This document shows, one piece after another, positions 25,686 through 40,800 of a stretch of DNA of 64,000 bases. This stretch comes from Phoronis australis (taxonomy: Eukaryota; Animalia; Phoronida). Numbering within the stretch: the stretch's first letter is position 1; every line of letters begins with the position of its first letter. The position numbers and the translations under genes are program-made. The stretch covers positions 275,898 to 339,897 of the forward strand of contig NMRA01000145.1 in assembly GCA_002633005.1 (NCBI GenBank). The letters are read 5' to 3'. Below the pieces are notes generated by a model. That model was not told where the DNA came from, searched no databases, and worked only from the letters and a program-made list of their open reading frames with translations.

Positions 25686-28600
25686 CAGATAATCACTTTG
25701 ATTAGTAGTTAGTCTGTAGATCTCCCACACACATCACTAATTAGGTGAAACCAATAAGTCAAAATAGCAGTGGTGAATCTTGTCGTCAAAGCAATCAATG
25801 AAGCATTCGATTCGTGGTTTTATTGCACTGTTAGGTTCAGATTCTATGTATGTTTTAAGAAATGCAGCATCCTTCATTCAACAAGCAATGACAATTAGGA
25901 TAGAATCAAATAATGAGTATTTGATGATATGGAGAGATTAAACTGTTTGTATATTAATGTATTGAACTGTGGGCCAATGGCCCTATGAGCTTTGAAATAA
26001 ATGTTTTTGTTTGTTTGTTTGTTGTTTGTTAATTTTATGTAATTAGAAATGCTTACTTGACTTATGAATAAACAAACAATAAGAGTCTTCTCCAAAACAT
26101 GAACCAAAATAATGGTTTTCTGGGATGGCACTGTGTGTGGCTTTCAGCATTTATTGCAAATAAATAAGCAATGCAAACCAACTCTTACTGGTGGTGTCTT
26201 GTTTCCTTGATCATAGTGAAATTTCAAAAATTTGTTGATGTTATCCCAAGTCCTTATTTTTTTTGTATTTTGGAGGTGGTCAACTTAGAACTGTTGATTA
26301 TGCAACATCTTAATTAAAGACTTGTGCCTGTAGAATTTTATGCCATTGCATCGATGTTAACTTGCCCTGGGCGCTCAAATTGGCAATCCTGCAAATTGGG
26401 GGGTGGACGTTAAACCGGAAATGGACCTTTGTCATCAGAGCTGTTGAAGATGCAAAGTTGGATTAATCTAAGCTCAAATCCACTCAGTTTGTTTGAAGTT
26501 CAACTTTTGCTACTCAAATGATTGAAAAACAGCCTGTCAAAACTTCCTCCAGCCCGAATGATGTTTTGATGCTTGAAATGATGCTGTACAAATTTCACAA
26601 GCAAAAAATCTCATGGCTATGTTGTTTGCATATTCAATAAATTATTTCCATTACCGAGTAATTCGAGTTTGCTCCCTTGCCACTGAATACGGGCCATATT
26701 TGGACAGAGTCGTCTGCCACAAAATGTCATGTGACCTCATCATGCATGCCGTTAGTGCCACTTTGTCTGTGGAGGTAAACTGGAATTTTGCGCTCTTCGA
26801 GAAAAGACGGATTATTTTGAAAACTAAATTTGTTACATCTTAGAATGAGAGTCTGCAGCTGAGTACAGTCTCAGTAAGTGCAAGTTCAACTATGTGGCCA
26901 TTGTTAATGCACTGCATAAGATGCTAACAGAATGCGATGTCCCTGGCGACATCCGCAATCCACACTGCCACTCAAAATTGATCGAGTTTCTGCATTTAAA
27001 GGCGTGCCTTACTGTTTTGAAAATTCATTTGTTGAAGTAAATTTCGAACGGTCACTTAACTGAAAATTCTCAAGAGAAGAGTTGGTCCGTGCTTCACCGT
27101 GAAGCGGGTGCTTAGTTGGAAAAATTTCAAAAGTAGGGGCTGGGAGCTAACCGAATGTTTGCGGTATTCGATTGAATACTCAGACAGTAACAATTGATTA
27201 CAAAAAATGCGGAAGATTGACATTTGAAGTTTTTATGCATCCATAAAAACTCCCTCTGATGATTAATATTAATGATTTGAGGCAAAAACTGTTACGGCTT
27301 TTCCATTATCAGATGTACAACAATTAAATTCTCTGGAGTTTGTTTTATGTTTCACTTCTGTCAATGACTTTGCCAGGGGTAGCCACCTATGGTAGCAAGG
27401 CCACCTACGTACATTGTTTGTGTGTTCTCACTCCAAATTTGTATGCCGTCAAAACATTTACATCAAACGTTCTAATATTCTGATTATAACTAGCCTGGCC
27501 ACAGCTGTTTCTCCATGCTAATGCATTGTTTTGCTGTTGCTGACTGATGAGCTTACGGTTGTGATTTTAATCTCATTGGTTGTGCCTGAAAAACATATGA
27601 AGTAGGAGTTTAAATTTGGCCATTGGCTGCCATGGAGACAGGATAAGTCATCCATCACCACAAATGAGACAGTTGAAGGATACCAGCATTAGATGGGCGG
27701 TCAAAGAGACTCTTGTTCAGGATATCCATTGTTTTTTGCGAGATGCTGTGGAAGTTGTCTTCTGTGTACAACATGTTGTGCTGTGTTAACTCAGGCCATG
27801 CTTGTCTGGCATTTCAAAGTCAGCTCCATCACCAACTGTGAGGGAGACTCTCCTGCAGTTAACACCATTGGTGATATCTGACCTGCTCATTCTGGCTCTC
27901 ACATGGCCACATGGGCTTAGGCTGCTCAACAGATTTTCTGGAAAGATTTTCGTGTGCTTATTGTGGTTTGACCGTCTGACTTGGACTTGAAGAAGTTTCT
28001 CAGCCTCATCTAAGTGTCTGGAGCTGTTACTATGGTAGACAGATTTCCATGGTAATTTTGACCTCCATCCTTGAAATGCCAGATGTTCATGTTCATCAGT
28101 GAGCTGGAAATGTTTACTTTAGTGAAATGCCATGTGGGGACATCTGTTGAAATGTTCACAGCTCAAGGTGAAGGCAAAGAGACCTGCAATGGTGGTTTCA
28201 ATTGATGAAGTGTGCTGTCATTGGCGACTCATTGGTGACTTTTGTATCCTTGGTTTCTTGTACTGTTGGATATTGACATTCAAAGAAGGGAGAAAGGTGC
28301 TAAATATGTTCCAGAGAACATGTAGAAGTCGAGTTGCCTAAAAACGCGGTTTTCTTCGTGGTGGCTTAAACCAGTGTCTCCAAAAATGGTGCTTACTTTT
28401 ATGGTGCAAATTTGACTAAAACTGGCGCAATAACCATCGTGTTTGTTGTGGTGCTTTGCAAGTTTCAAATGGTGCTTGTGATGTTTGCTTCAACACCATT
28501 TTCGCAGCGCTTACAAACTGTTGTTGGCAAACAAGAGGATGTGAAGATTCCTGTGTTCCGTATGTCTATCCCATGCACACGTAGCTGTCGCTTTTATCAG

Positions 28601-29405
28601 CCAATCAGCGATAATCTTATTGTGGAGGGGTAAGATTTTTTCATAATTGCCTGACATCTTTCCATTGTTACTTTGAAGTTAGGTTGGATGTCTATGTTTA
28701 ATTATGTGCCCTTGAAAGACCTGTGTTTGACCTTTCCAGCACAATAGAATTATCCTGATGTATCAGTTGCAAAAGATTGTGTGTTGCAGAAATATAATGA
28801 TTGATGTCATTGTTTGAATGATGTTATGATTGAACAGAATTCAATAGTGAAGGGGAGAATATAGGTTTGTCCAATGATATCAGTATGAACATGACATTCG
28901 GTCAATCTGCACAGAAATAACGAGTTCTCAGTTTTGCTCGGTTTTGTAGTCAATGCATATTTTTGTAAATATCATTTCTCCATTAATAACCATCTTTACC
29001 ATTTAATATTAAACGGCAACTATGTATACAAATAAAACCATGTTAAATTGAATTAGAATTTACTTCATTACAGTGCTTCAAAATCACCGGATTTATTCCA
29101 GTTTGAAGTTTGCGACATTAGCTTGGCTGAATTAGTTGTGTGTGGCTCTTAAAATGTTTATTTTCCTTATTTTGCCAATAATGTTCACTTTTTGATCATT
29201 TGTTAAACAGGTGAAGTATTATTTTTTAAAGATCCTTTGTAGTGAGGAGACAACCATTCTTACTCTCTATGGACCTTTATATAAAGGTCATTTTGTATGA
29301 GTTGTAAGTAATTTTATTTGTGTGTGTGTAGCCCAATCATTAATATTCTAAATTATAGATGTCACGTAATCTATGGGTATGGTTTCTGCTATTTGTCTAT
29401 TAATA

Positions 29406-29617
29406 GACAGGGGGTTCAAACCCCCCTCGGGAATGGATCAAAAATAAAAATTTTAAAAAAATTCGCCAGAAAAACGAAATCAGCTACTAAAAACCACAAA
29501 AAATCTTACACGGGAGGAGGGAAACCCCCTCCCGACTTTCCTTCCGCTTGGCACTATACGCCTCGGATTCGCTCGAATCCCAAACCCCCGCTTACTGAAA
29601 ACGTAGATCTGCTACTG
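29406..29617 (+). mobile_element. Non-autonomous DNA transposon fragment, same type as 2760-2948
   Basis: GGGGGTTCAAACCCCC hairpin, A-tracts, GGGAGGAGGG..CCCCCTCCC hairpin, end TAGATCTGCTACTG. Confidence 0.5.
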
Positions 29618-32600
29618 ATGGAGGATATGAAATCAGGAAGGAGAGGGGCATTTCAGGGTTCGCTAAATAGGGTGCATCAGTGGAGTGTGGGAATGTTTGT
29701 TTATTATATTCATGAAAGCCGTCCGCATTTACAGAATCTTTTTACATCCTCATGCGTATGTAGTCATCTCCTTCTGGACTGTCCGTCGTTAGTCTGGCCT
29801 CAGATGACTCGGGCAATGCCATCCACAGCTGTATGCCTCCTCAACTGGTTGCGGTCTCCTGAAGTTCAGCATGTGTTTGCATATGAACATGGCAGTGATG
29901 CTGGTAGACAAATGAGGATTCCGACTCAATTCAGCTGACATCATGTTAATTTTTTGAAAGTATGGACTACTAAAAAATTCCACATTACCAGCTTTCAGAA
30001 ACACCTTAGACCAGAACTTATGTCATTTTTTGACCTAATACACTATTTTTTCTTGACCCACAATCAAGCTTGTTGTATTCATAAACTGTAATATCCTTAA
30101 GTGTTAAATTTCATTGGACACTTGAGTTGTTGCTCGATTATAATGCTTTCGGCGCTTTCTGATCTAACAAATGTATTGTAAAATGTATTTTCTATATTAA
30201 AAGTATAAAACAGTAGTTATCCATTTGCCTCAAGTGTGGCAAAATGAAATCTGAACGAACAAAGTTGACCTTTTGTTTGAACACGAATGCGATACCTGGA
30301 AATCCCCTGGAATATTGTTTCCAATATTTCCGAATAGATAAAGATACATGAGGGTATGATTGACTTACTCGGTACTCGTGAATCTTGCTTGCCGAAACAT
30401 AATTGAACAAAAAGGGTAATGTGGAGTCCATAAGGTTTCGTGTAATACTATGTCACAGAAATCCCAAGATGTGGGATCTAGGTACAACAAAATGTTTGAG
30501 GTTTCCCAAATAGTTGTGGTTTTCTAGTGAAAACTGTCACTTTTAAAGGCTGTTTGTTGTCTCACAGTGCAAAGTATGTGAAGCTCCAGTCTCTGGTCCA
30601 GTAAAAGCTGTTCCCGAAGCCTTGTAAGTTGACCGACCCAACACGAGATCGCCTGAATTAGAAAACCCACTGCCAGTTAATCCATACTTCATAATTTTGC
30701 TGCAAATCGTACCCAACTTCTGTTATTTTGTCACACGACTCCCACTGAACATCTCTATGTAGTTTCATGACGATGTCCGTCATCAAGTCAAAGCGGATCT
30801 CTTGACCTGGATTTAATTCTACCTACATTGAATCACGTGATCAAACCTGGTTGAATTTTCTAACAGTGACAGAATGTTTTGATGTCAAAGCCTGTCTCGA
30901 AGCAATTCTTATTAGGACTTTCATTATTTTTTATGTGTGATTTCAAATAAAATCATTAGCCACGTTGAAAAGTGATAACCACTAAAAGTATTTTTCAAAT
31001 TAAAAAATCGTCTCAAGTTATTGAAAGCCCGAGGCACAATTTTGGAGCATTTTCTCCAACTTTAGTTAACATGTTTAAATGTTTTTGGAAGATTTTTTCC
31101 CTACGAATGTACTTTGAAAAATGACATTTTTACCTGGAACTCATTGTAGTGTTGCCTTGAGAATCGCAATTGTTGTGAACAGTATCAAATTCTTGTATTG
31201 TCTCCTAGTTTCAGAAAACGTATACTTTGATGGATATTTTGGATCTTTTATTTGCTGTTTTACAATGTATAATTAAGTCATGTGAGGCCCCATGAGTGAG
31301 GGTGTACGTGCTTGTGTAAAGAACTCGTCAACTTGTACTATTTGTACTATCTGTCTGATGTATTAATAAATTATAAGAAAAAAAAGATATTTCAGGATAG
31401 TGACGTAACCTTAAATTGTTTTATTGGTTATTGAACATTGCAGCATCCCTTCCCCAGCTGATAAAACGTTATTGTTATCGTTAACCCTGTATGTTTAGTC
31501 TTCTTAAAAATGATTTAGTAAAATAACTCTCTTCTATTTAACACTGACTATGCTGGACAGCTGCAATTTCATTTCATTAAATTTGTCAACAAACAGATTT
31601 TTCAAAATTTCAGTTGACACGTTTGTGCTATAGAAGCGGCAAAAATCAAACTTGAGTATTAATTTGAGAATTTAACTTTGTAACCAGTCTTGACAAATGG
31701 AAAATTGCTAGTCTTGTGCAAAATTTATAAGAAATTACCTGCAGACGTGTATGGTTTGACCTGTGCGGTGTATATGTTGACTTTGCTGAGTTGCCCAAAG
31801 ATGGCACTGCTGATACCGAATCTTGTCTTGTAGAACTGATGAATTGAACCATTTCTTTTCCCAGTCCAAAAGTAATTGTAAATACTGCTTAATTTTTCTT
31901 CTGCAAATTATCTCTGTACTATGTCTGTAGGTATACCCTAAGTGGGTTCTTGTAGTTTTATTGTTCAGTTACTAATATCCCCATTATCTATCAAATTATG
32001 CTTAAATTGACATCAGAATAGCCACTCCAATACTTTATTTGCTGAATTGTAGCGCGGCGTACTTCTGATGAGGGATCGTAGGATCTCCTTACTGAATTCT
32101 ATATCTAGAAGAGTTCAGCAATTTTCCGTGCTATTCAAGTCTCTGATTTCTCCTGGGTGGCTAGTGTTTGTGATCCTCATCCTGGCCCCTGGCTAGTAAT
32201 TTCCTTTAACTACTCTTTCTTTTTGTCCTTGGCACTGAACATTTGTGTTTCAATATCTAGACCAACTTAATGGGGGGAAATCGACAACAACTACATTTAG
32301 CATCTTGAGACTTCTCGAAAAGAACGGAAATTCTACTCAACTTGAGAATAGTTTTCAGTTGCGATTCGGACAAAAAGGCAAATAGATTTGTCAGCAAAAT
32401 AACATGTCTGGTTTGCATCAATCAATTAAAATGTTCATGAAACAGTGTATAAGGTCTATTAGATTATGGAATTTTTATAAAAGTACTTCTTTGTTTGATG
32501 CAATTTTTCGAAAAAGGATATGTTGATTTTCAACTGTCACGCATGGGTTATTGCTTGTACCACAGTGAAGGAATGCTTTTGACCCCATGTAGTACAACCC

Positions 32601-32687
32601 AAAAATATTCAGACAAAATGACCTTGAATTTCTTGTCAAGATGACTGGGTGAAAGTAGAACTCATCATCTGAATAGTCTCCCTTGAT

Positions 32688-32857
32688 GACTGAGAATGAA
32701 GGGGAATTAACAGAAAAGTTAGTAAGGTGACTCAGCCATTCTGCTATCAGTTTTGCTGCCCTACTGGAAGAATAGTTATATTAGTAATTTTTGCTGTTAA
32801 CAGTATTAGCCATCATGATAGAAAACAGTATTTTTCTCATTACTTTTGTCTCGTTCT
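32688..32857 (+). repeat. Dispersed repeat, copy 1 (copy 2 at ~37407-37574)
   Basis: Shared GACT.AGAATGAA..GGAATTAA...AAAAGTTAGTAAGGTGACT.AG ... TTTTTGCTGTTAAC ... ATTACTTT..TCT.GTTCT. Confidence 0.75.
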
Positions 32858-35800
32858 TTATTTGTGTTGAAAAGCTTGATTTTTCACTCTAAGTTGAGAT
32901 GATTTCATCAGAAAATGTCAGCACATATGGCAGGGCAGTACCAAAACTAATTTAGTAATAAATTTGAAAACTGTGGGACAAATGAAAGAAACATTTAAAT
33001 GTGTCTTAAACAAGCTAAACTGCTTAAAGAATATTTGTGGTAAAGATATTTTGCAAGCATATTAGTCTTGACTTCGTTGACAGTAAAGTTGGCATACCCA
33101 GGTATGCTTTTTATCCTTTAAGCTGTTTTTGAACTTTTGTTTCCATGGAAACATTTGTCCATCTTAATATGTGGCTGTATACTATTTTCATTTCTCTGAA
33201 ATCAAGGCAACAAAATTGTCCTAAGTGTGTGTTCTGTATGCTTCTTTTTGGATTCTTAGTGCGATCAACTGTCTCCGGGATTGTGTTGTTTTTGCTCACT
33301 TGTGTACAGTGTTGAAACTTATAGAGAACGTCAGCCATACTGTCCCTCGAGGGCTATGGCATTCAAGGCAACGTTCACGGATGGTATGTCACTTTGTTCA
33401 ACTGCGGACAGTGAAGGCGGTTGATTCAGTTCACTGGTCTGGTGGTTTCGAAAGGGAAAGGAGAAAGTTCCTATTTATGTTTACGTTGTTGTTGCTGTGG
33501 AACATTTGTGAACACTGGTCACGCTCGCTCGATCGGAGGCTTTTGTTGCAAGATGACAACAAGATGCTTGAAAGTGAAACATAATTTTGCTAAGTTTCTG
33601 GATGTTGCTGTTGTCAGTTAGATAGGCTGTGAACTTGCTTCTGGATGTGCAGTGAAAAGTAGAGGTCTATCTGGATGTTGAACGTACTGGAACAGTCTGT
33701 TGTAGAATCCATTCATTCATTTTTGTTTAAAAATTAGAGAAATGCGCCTGTGGATTCTGAAAACTTCCCCCTCGAAAACCTGGATGCCATAGACAATGAA
33801 TTGTGATGTGGGTTTGCGAAGTGTCACTCTCAACAGAAAGCCCAACATTGGAAGGTTTGAAGTCTGTAAATAATGATTGTGCTGAAACTCTGCCTTAGCC
33901 AGTCCCCTTTAACCAATGGATTAATAATCCAGGGGTAAGTGGTGGTAAATCTGTCATCATTATCTTTTTATCAGGACCATTTACTGGTTGTTGAATTGGA
34001 TAATAACATTTTATGTTCTGCATAGGAATTCTTGGGCTTAGCAATAGCCATCAAATATTCCGCGAGACCATCTCATGTCTTTGTACGCATTGTTATGCCC
34101 ATTTTCATGTAGAATTGAAATTGGGTATTTTAATCGTCTCCACTTATCCCGGTTCTTTCTCACTAAATCGAAAATCTTTATCATCACTAAATTCTGTGTT
34201 GGACTGTTATAATCTCACTAATTTAGGATACAGGTTGGCTGACGAGTGAAGAGTTTTTCCTCATTTTTTTACAAATGATATACTGTACCATATCCAAGCC
34301 CTGTGCCATGGCTACCTGCAAGCAACGCTTTGAAAAATTATGGGCATTCACAAGAATCGTTAGAAGCCTTTGGAAAATAATTGCGTGCCATTTTGCAATT
34401 GGTTTTGTGGAAAGTTGGTGAGATTTTACCGATACTCGATTTTACCCTTACCTGATAGAAGTCCAGTGTTTGCGTGAGACTTTGTTTTGTCTTAATCAGT
34501 GCAATTAAGTGCAAAGAAGACATATTGAGTTTATGGGTACATCATCTTAGATGAAATTTTGATAACTTGTAACAAATAAAAAACATTGAGTTTCATTTTT
34601 TGCTATTATCACATTTTTCCATTGATGAAACTACCACCTGATTCTCCTCATTCCAAAGTACACTTCTAATTTCATTGCGATTTGTTGATTTCACGTTCCC
34701 CAAGAAAATTGTGTTTAGATATACCGGTATCCTTGGTAACCATGCATTTTTGTTTTTTATTTGATTTTGTTACTGATATTTCTATGGTGACACTGCAGGT
34801 CCACTGAAAAGTAGGAGTTTGCCTTCAGAAATTCACTGGTTTAGTCATTCAGTTTGTTTCGAGTTCAACTGCATATTTTTATGGAGCCGGATCACTCATT
34901 CACTTTATTCCAAACAAATGCTTTCTTTGCTGGTCATTTATTGACCAGATAAGGTCAGAGATACCAATTCAGACTTTTATCACTGCTAAATTGGAATAAT
35001 GGGCCATCTGTAATATTTAAGTCAGTGGTGAAAAGGGGCTCACACATTTGGTTGCCTTTATTGATAGTTACTTGGCAGAGGCAAGTGGCCACACTGAGAT
35101 AGGATTGTTCCAAGCCAATCATGCTCTGGTGTGTTTACCTTTTACTCAATTCACTATCTGCACCAATGGGAAACATAGGCTATATATCAATTTCCTACCC
35201 ATGTGTCTTACAAAGTTCTTTCAATAAAATTTTATTTCGTTTTACATCATTTTTCTGCATGCTGTGGGCAGTCACCATATTATATGAGATAAGTTGGTAA
35301 TCAGTATAGTGTTTATTAATCCAATATGTTACATGCTATGGCGCCATGGGAGTTTGTATATTACACACCTGCTGCTGTGTTGACCCATTGAGAGCCCCAT
35401 GCAAATAGACACTCATGTAATACACATTTATTAGCTCTCAGTCTTGGAGGTTTTGTGCTGGTATCAAGATGCTTGCAAGTGATATTACCTGGACAGGTTC
35501 ATTTACCTGCTCCAAATACCATCCATAAGACAGACTAACTACCTGGATATTGATGTATGACAAGAACCAATTAGGACTATGATGTCAAGACACTTAACCT
35601 GTAAATTAACCTCTGTTTACTGTCAGGGATGTGGGTTTTGGCAATTGACATTGCTGCGTGGGAATATCATTTTGTGATGCTGTGTTGAGTTTAAAGTTGC
35701 GATACTTGGATGGTTGGCGTGGACGTTCGCTGGATGAATGTCGGACGTCAAGTGTCTGACCTTGGCCTTGCCATTCAGGGCAGCGGTCTTCAAAGGTATA

Positions 35801-37741
35801 GTGTTGAATATGTTTCAAAAATGAAACAAATTTGGTTTGTAATTTTCGTGCTATTTTACCTAAAATTGTGCTTTCAAATCGTAGTACTTGATGATGTTAA
35901 CATAGTAGTGTAAGTCTAGGTATGATCTGAGAATGCAAGTAGATTGGCCATGCAGTGATGTATGGATATTTTAAGTTATAAAAATTGAGAGTTTGTTCAA
36001 AAATAATTGCCAAAAATTAATCTTTGTTGTTTTTCAAATATTAAGGCTTCTTTGGTCACTGTGACTACCCACGATTTCTCAAAACTGTCTGAAAGTAGTT
36101 ATGGTACAGATCTTAAAATGATACAGCGTTTGTTTGGGGCTACCTTACTCTTTTATAAAAAATTACGAAAATGAAATTTCACTTTTTTGCCATATCTTGT
36201 CCTCAATTGGCGTCATTTTACTGTAAAGTGACATTTCGTTCTCTAGTTCGTACAAGTGTGTGATTTGTTCCTTCTGTGGGGGTGTTCCATAGCAACGTTG
36301 GCCTGGGGACAGAAAATCTCGAACCTCAAATTCATCTTATTATTTCATGAGAATGCGGGTTTTCATGCTGTAGGCGAAGATTTCAAACTTTTCATTCAAC
36401 CTCTGTTGGCGAGTTGAATCCCAGTAGATTGCTGTGGTGTCCATTTCAATTAAGTTGTCTATTTGTTTTTCAAATGTTTTTCTTATCGGGGAAATTAGGG
36501 ATGAATATCTTCTTGACCGGTGGTAACTAGGACTGTTGGTAGGACATTCTCTGTCAGCAACTTTGTTTCTTGGCTGACAAATGGGGTTAAATTATTTGGG
36601 CCTCCAGTAACCATATTTAGCCTATAAACTATTGATAGACCAGGAACCTTTCATGCTCATGAATTATTCTGTTTGTGGCTTGATCTCATCTTCCGGGATT
36701 AAATTTCGTCCATTGCTTATGTTAGTAAATGATTTGTTGGACTCCAATGAATGAATTCCTCTGGGTATCTGATGGTATGTGATGATTTTGAAATTGACAA
36801 TTTCTTTTTATTTGCTCTTAGAATACTGTTGCGTAAGAACTGGTATGCCGGAAGATATCGAAAACATGTTATCCTAAATTGTTATGTCATTTTGTGTCCA
36901 GGCATATTTGGTGCCCAACCAAGCAATCAGTTTGTTTGTTGTTCCATAATAGGTAAATTTGTTTTCAATTTGACTGTTTTGTCAGAACATGCGTTTCTCC
37001 AAAGTCACCCAACCAACATTGTGAAGAGGCAAAACTTGCCATTTTTGTGTATGCTTGCTTGAAAGTTCTACAAGTTCAAAAAGAAGTATGGTACTCTGAG
37101 TATGTACTGTGGGAGTAACTCTATTTATTTCTTACCACTAAACTTCAAATACTGTTTATTTTTCGCTCAATTCACTCAACAATAATGGAAAAACTGACAT
37201 TTTTCAAACAATGAAAAGTTGACTGGATTTTTTTTTTAGCACAGTTGTGCTGAAGTCCTGGATGCTCCTGTTGAGCTGTGTTTGTAGTTTGTAATGGAGC
37301 AATATACATATACAGTACACGCCATAAAGTATTCAGACAAAATAATATGGAATTCCCGGTCATGACATCTGGACGGAAGCCGAATTCACTGTCAGTATAG
37401 TCTTGTGACTTAGAATGAAAAGGAATTAATGTAAAAGTTAGTAAGGTGACTAAGTCATTTTTTAATTATATTTTTGTTGTCGTAATAGTTATCACCAATA
37501 ATTTTTTGCTGTTAACGGAACGATCGGTAACAACAGGGAAATGGTATTTTGTCTGATTACTTTCATCTTGTTCTGTAAATCATCGTTCTGTAAATCGCTT
37601 CCATTGTCAACACCCATCTGGCGTGGTCCTTTGTCAGCACCTGTGAGGTGTTGAATGGTGGATGCTTGAGGATACTCAGTCTTCTCTTGTGTTTTGTTAT
37701 GGCGTGAAAAAGCAGCTCAAATTGGTAATCTTTCTTTACAG

Positions 37742-37858
37742 GAGGGGCATCTCACGTGGCCCAGAGGACAATCCTAGCCCAGAGGAACATGTGGGCATGA
37801 TTGGTGCTGGGGAAATAAGTGAAGATTTCATGAAAAATGTCAACCGGGCTATAAGCAA
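37742..37858 (+). CDS. FAM149B1: FAM149 exon 2 (RGISRGPEDNPSPEEH...RAIS)
   Basis: Acceptor tttctttacag, donor GTACGT, phases 2/2. Similar to human KGITKHALNHHPPPEK. Confidence 0.8.
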
Positions 37859-40800
37859 GTACGTAAAAATTATCATTTTGAAAAATGAGAAGCCTGTATG
37901 CTAGTTTGCTGTCGAGGAGTAGTTTTGTTTTTGGCATTGTAAAAAATTCAATAGATTTGCTTCATAAGATATTCCAAATAATTATGCCTGTTAATTTACA
38001 GTTTTTTCTCTTTCCCCATAACCGCTATTAGTTGCCAAGTGTCCAACAGCGGAATCGTACTACTTTTTGAAGTTTTGCTCCCGACGCGCTGCAACCGCTT
38101 CACAATGTCCTGCTCTTTGACACATGCCGTTCTTAATGACTGGCTGGTCATCCCTACCCATGGTCATCTCTACCCACACTATACACCCTCGTTTGCCCCT
38201 TCCGTGTCACTAGCATGACTAAAATTAACAAAAAACGGCGTCCGCCTTATATTCAGATGTCTCGCTTTTTTCGTTTTCGAATGTCGGCAACTATGCTATC
38301 AAGATATGACCCCTAGCAAGAACACTAAGTGCTTTGCTGTGCAATTCGTAAGATTATTTCCATTTCCACCTATCACTGTTTCCACTAGCGTACTTCATGA
38401 GTGTAATGCAACACTCATGTCTTTGTTGTGCACTTAGTAATTATTTCCATTTCTTATTTCCTGAAGGTGTGCGTTGTTGTCATGGCGGTGTCATTTGCCA
38501 AGAGCGTTTGTAAACTTCAGTGACCTTCAAACAAGATGTACCGGAATTGTGTTTTAACAGTTAAATCAAAATCTTTAGTCCAAACACCTCCATGTCAAAT
38601 TTGAAGGAAGCAGACAAAATCCAAGTGTCATTGACATTGGATCCTATGGCCAGAGTCTGGTCAACTGATACCAAAGTCACAACATCTCGTAAACAGATCT
38701 TGGTGTGGTACATTGAGAACACTTACCAATATTTACTTTGCTGTCAAAAGGGTGGAGTAGGTCGATGGGGTGGAGGAGGTTGGTTTGGGAATTCCAGAAG
38801 AAATGGAACTGGGTTCACCTCCCCTGAAACTCTTGAAAAATATCAAATTCCGCGTAAGACAATGATCCGCGATTCAGATATGACCAGGAGTGCTTTCAGT
38901 AAGGCTAGTACCCTGTGACTTGATGAGATCTCATTGTAAAGTAAGCATGCGTTCTTACAAGCTTTCACTTGCGAGTAACATAACCCTGATAGTTCATATT
39001 AAATTGTGGGTTGGTATTGCACCTTTTGGTTACTAGATTTGGCTAAAAATTCAATGTCAGTCGCAAAGTTTGTCGTAGAATTTTTGTCAAATTTGAAGTC
39101 TATTGCAAAGTACGCATTTCGGTATTGAAAAGGATTCTGTGGAATTGACATGTCGTAATTCTTGTGAACAAAAGCCAGTGGATCCATTCTATAATAGCTT
39201 ACAATATTAAAGTATAGCTACCCACTCATAGTGATTTTGATGCAGGATTAGGGCACCTTGTTGGAAGTGTCACTTACTAGTAAGCCATGAAGACCAACTG
39301 TGTTGTACCAACTGCAACACCACTTAATTAACTAAACTGCCTGGAAGCTCAAAGCTGGTGTCAGTTTACTAGTGAATTATGGTATAATTAAATATGATAA
39401 TTATATTGTTAAAATTTAGAGTTAATCCTGACAGGCAACATATCAAAATGAACTCATGTGAAAGGGCGTTCATGTGCTGTGACTACAAAACAAATACTGA
39501 AAATTGCATCTGTCTGTAGTCAAGGAGTATTTGCTTGTCTATTTTCGTAGCAGACACGTGTATTACCATTTTAAATATGGTGTGCATCTATTAAGAAGAA
39601 AATGGCGACTTAACCCCTTAACGTGGTATGGTTTGTGCTGGTAATTGAATTTAGATGGCATCTCAAATTTAATTCCATTTCAAATCATCTATAATTTAAT
39701 TCTAATTCAATTTGTTCAAGGTAATTGAAATTTTGTCTCGAAAATAGCCCATCAAGTGTTCCATTTTTAAAGTTCCGGCGACTTCTAAATCTCATCCTCG
39801 AGCTATTACTTCATCGCATGATGTGGCTGACGTATTCTGAAAGCTGAATTCATGCCATAACGCATTAGTGTAACGACTTGAGATATTGATAGATTCATAA
39901 TTTAAAGCAGCCAGACAACGTTTTGGCCGTGTTCAGTCACTTCTCCGGTGTCAGACACTTTTTAGCTAGCAGCGGTTCGATTAGGAACAAGGCACCTTTT
40001 CATTTTTCATAAAATACCAAGTGAAATGCAATCTTGGGACTCTGTTAAAATGCTGCACAGCACTTCAGTCTGCTGCTATTTCTTGAAGCCTGAATCTGCC
40101 TACCATTGGCAGTATTCCATGTTAATTAAGAAGAGTTGAGTGAATAATACCACTGTCACCAGTGGTCTCAAATTTTACCTAACTCGAGTTGGAAGTGGTT
40201 TCTGAGTTTGAGAACAACCAACAAGAGCATGTTGCAATTTCTTAAAAATGGAAAATGTCACAAATTTACAGCTCAACCAATGCTATTCTTTATCCTTCAG
40301 GGGTTCTAAAGTTGCTGTCAATAGCTATGTGTTTCTTCAAAATGTCTGATGGCAGCTGTGATGCAGAACTTGAAAATCTTTAAGCAATAAATTTGGTGAA
40401 GAAATTAGAAAATGGAAATTCACTTAAATGTTTTCATATTGTGTCTTACCTTGGTGAGATTTTACGTATGCATAAAGTATTCTCAGTAATAGAAAATGGT
40501 TGGAAGTTAGTTGTGAAACGTGACGTCCGATGCAATGTCTGCTTTTCTTTGTTTGAAGTGGTTGCTTCTCCACATTTCTTCACAAACTGCTGCCGTAAGA
40601 GAAGAATCTTTGAGTGTGCATGATAAAGGTCTTCAGTAATAATTGAATTAATAATGTTTATACTTTTCTCCCTGAAAAGCAAATATTTTCCCAACAACGG
40701 ATCCACTTATCTGTGTGCTCAGTGTTAGCAGGAGCTTATCGTAATCCTATATTAAAATTATCAGGTGTACAGTGTAAAAGCAAGACAAGAACACTTCTTT

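Noticed and set aside
29318-29938. 206-aa ORF
   Set aside because: TTG start, runs through a transposon fragment with low-complexity Lys/Pro translation, and shows no recognisable domain.
33351-33381. Possible alternative start exon (MAFKATFTD, donor GTATGT)
   Set aside because: A phase-1 end is incompatible with the phase-2 acceptor of exon 2, and 8031-8071 fits by both homology and phase.
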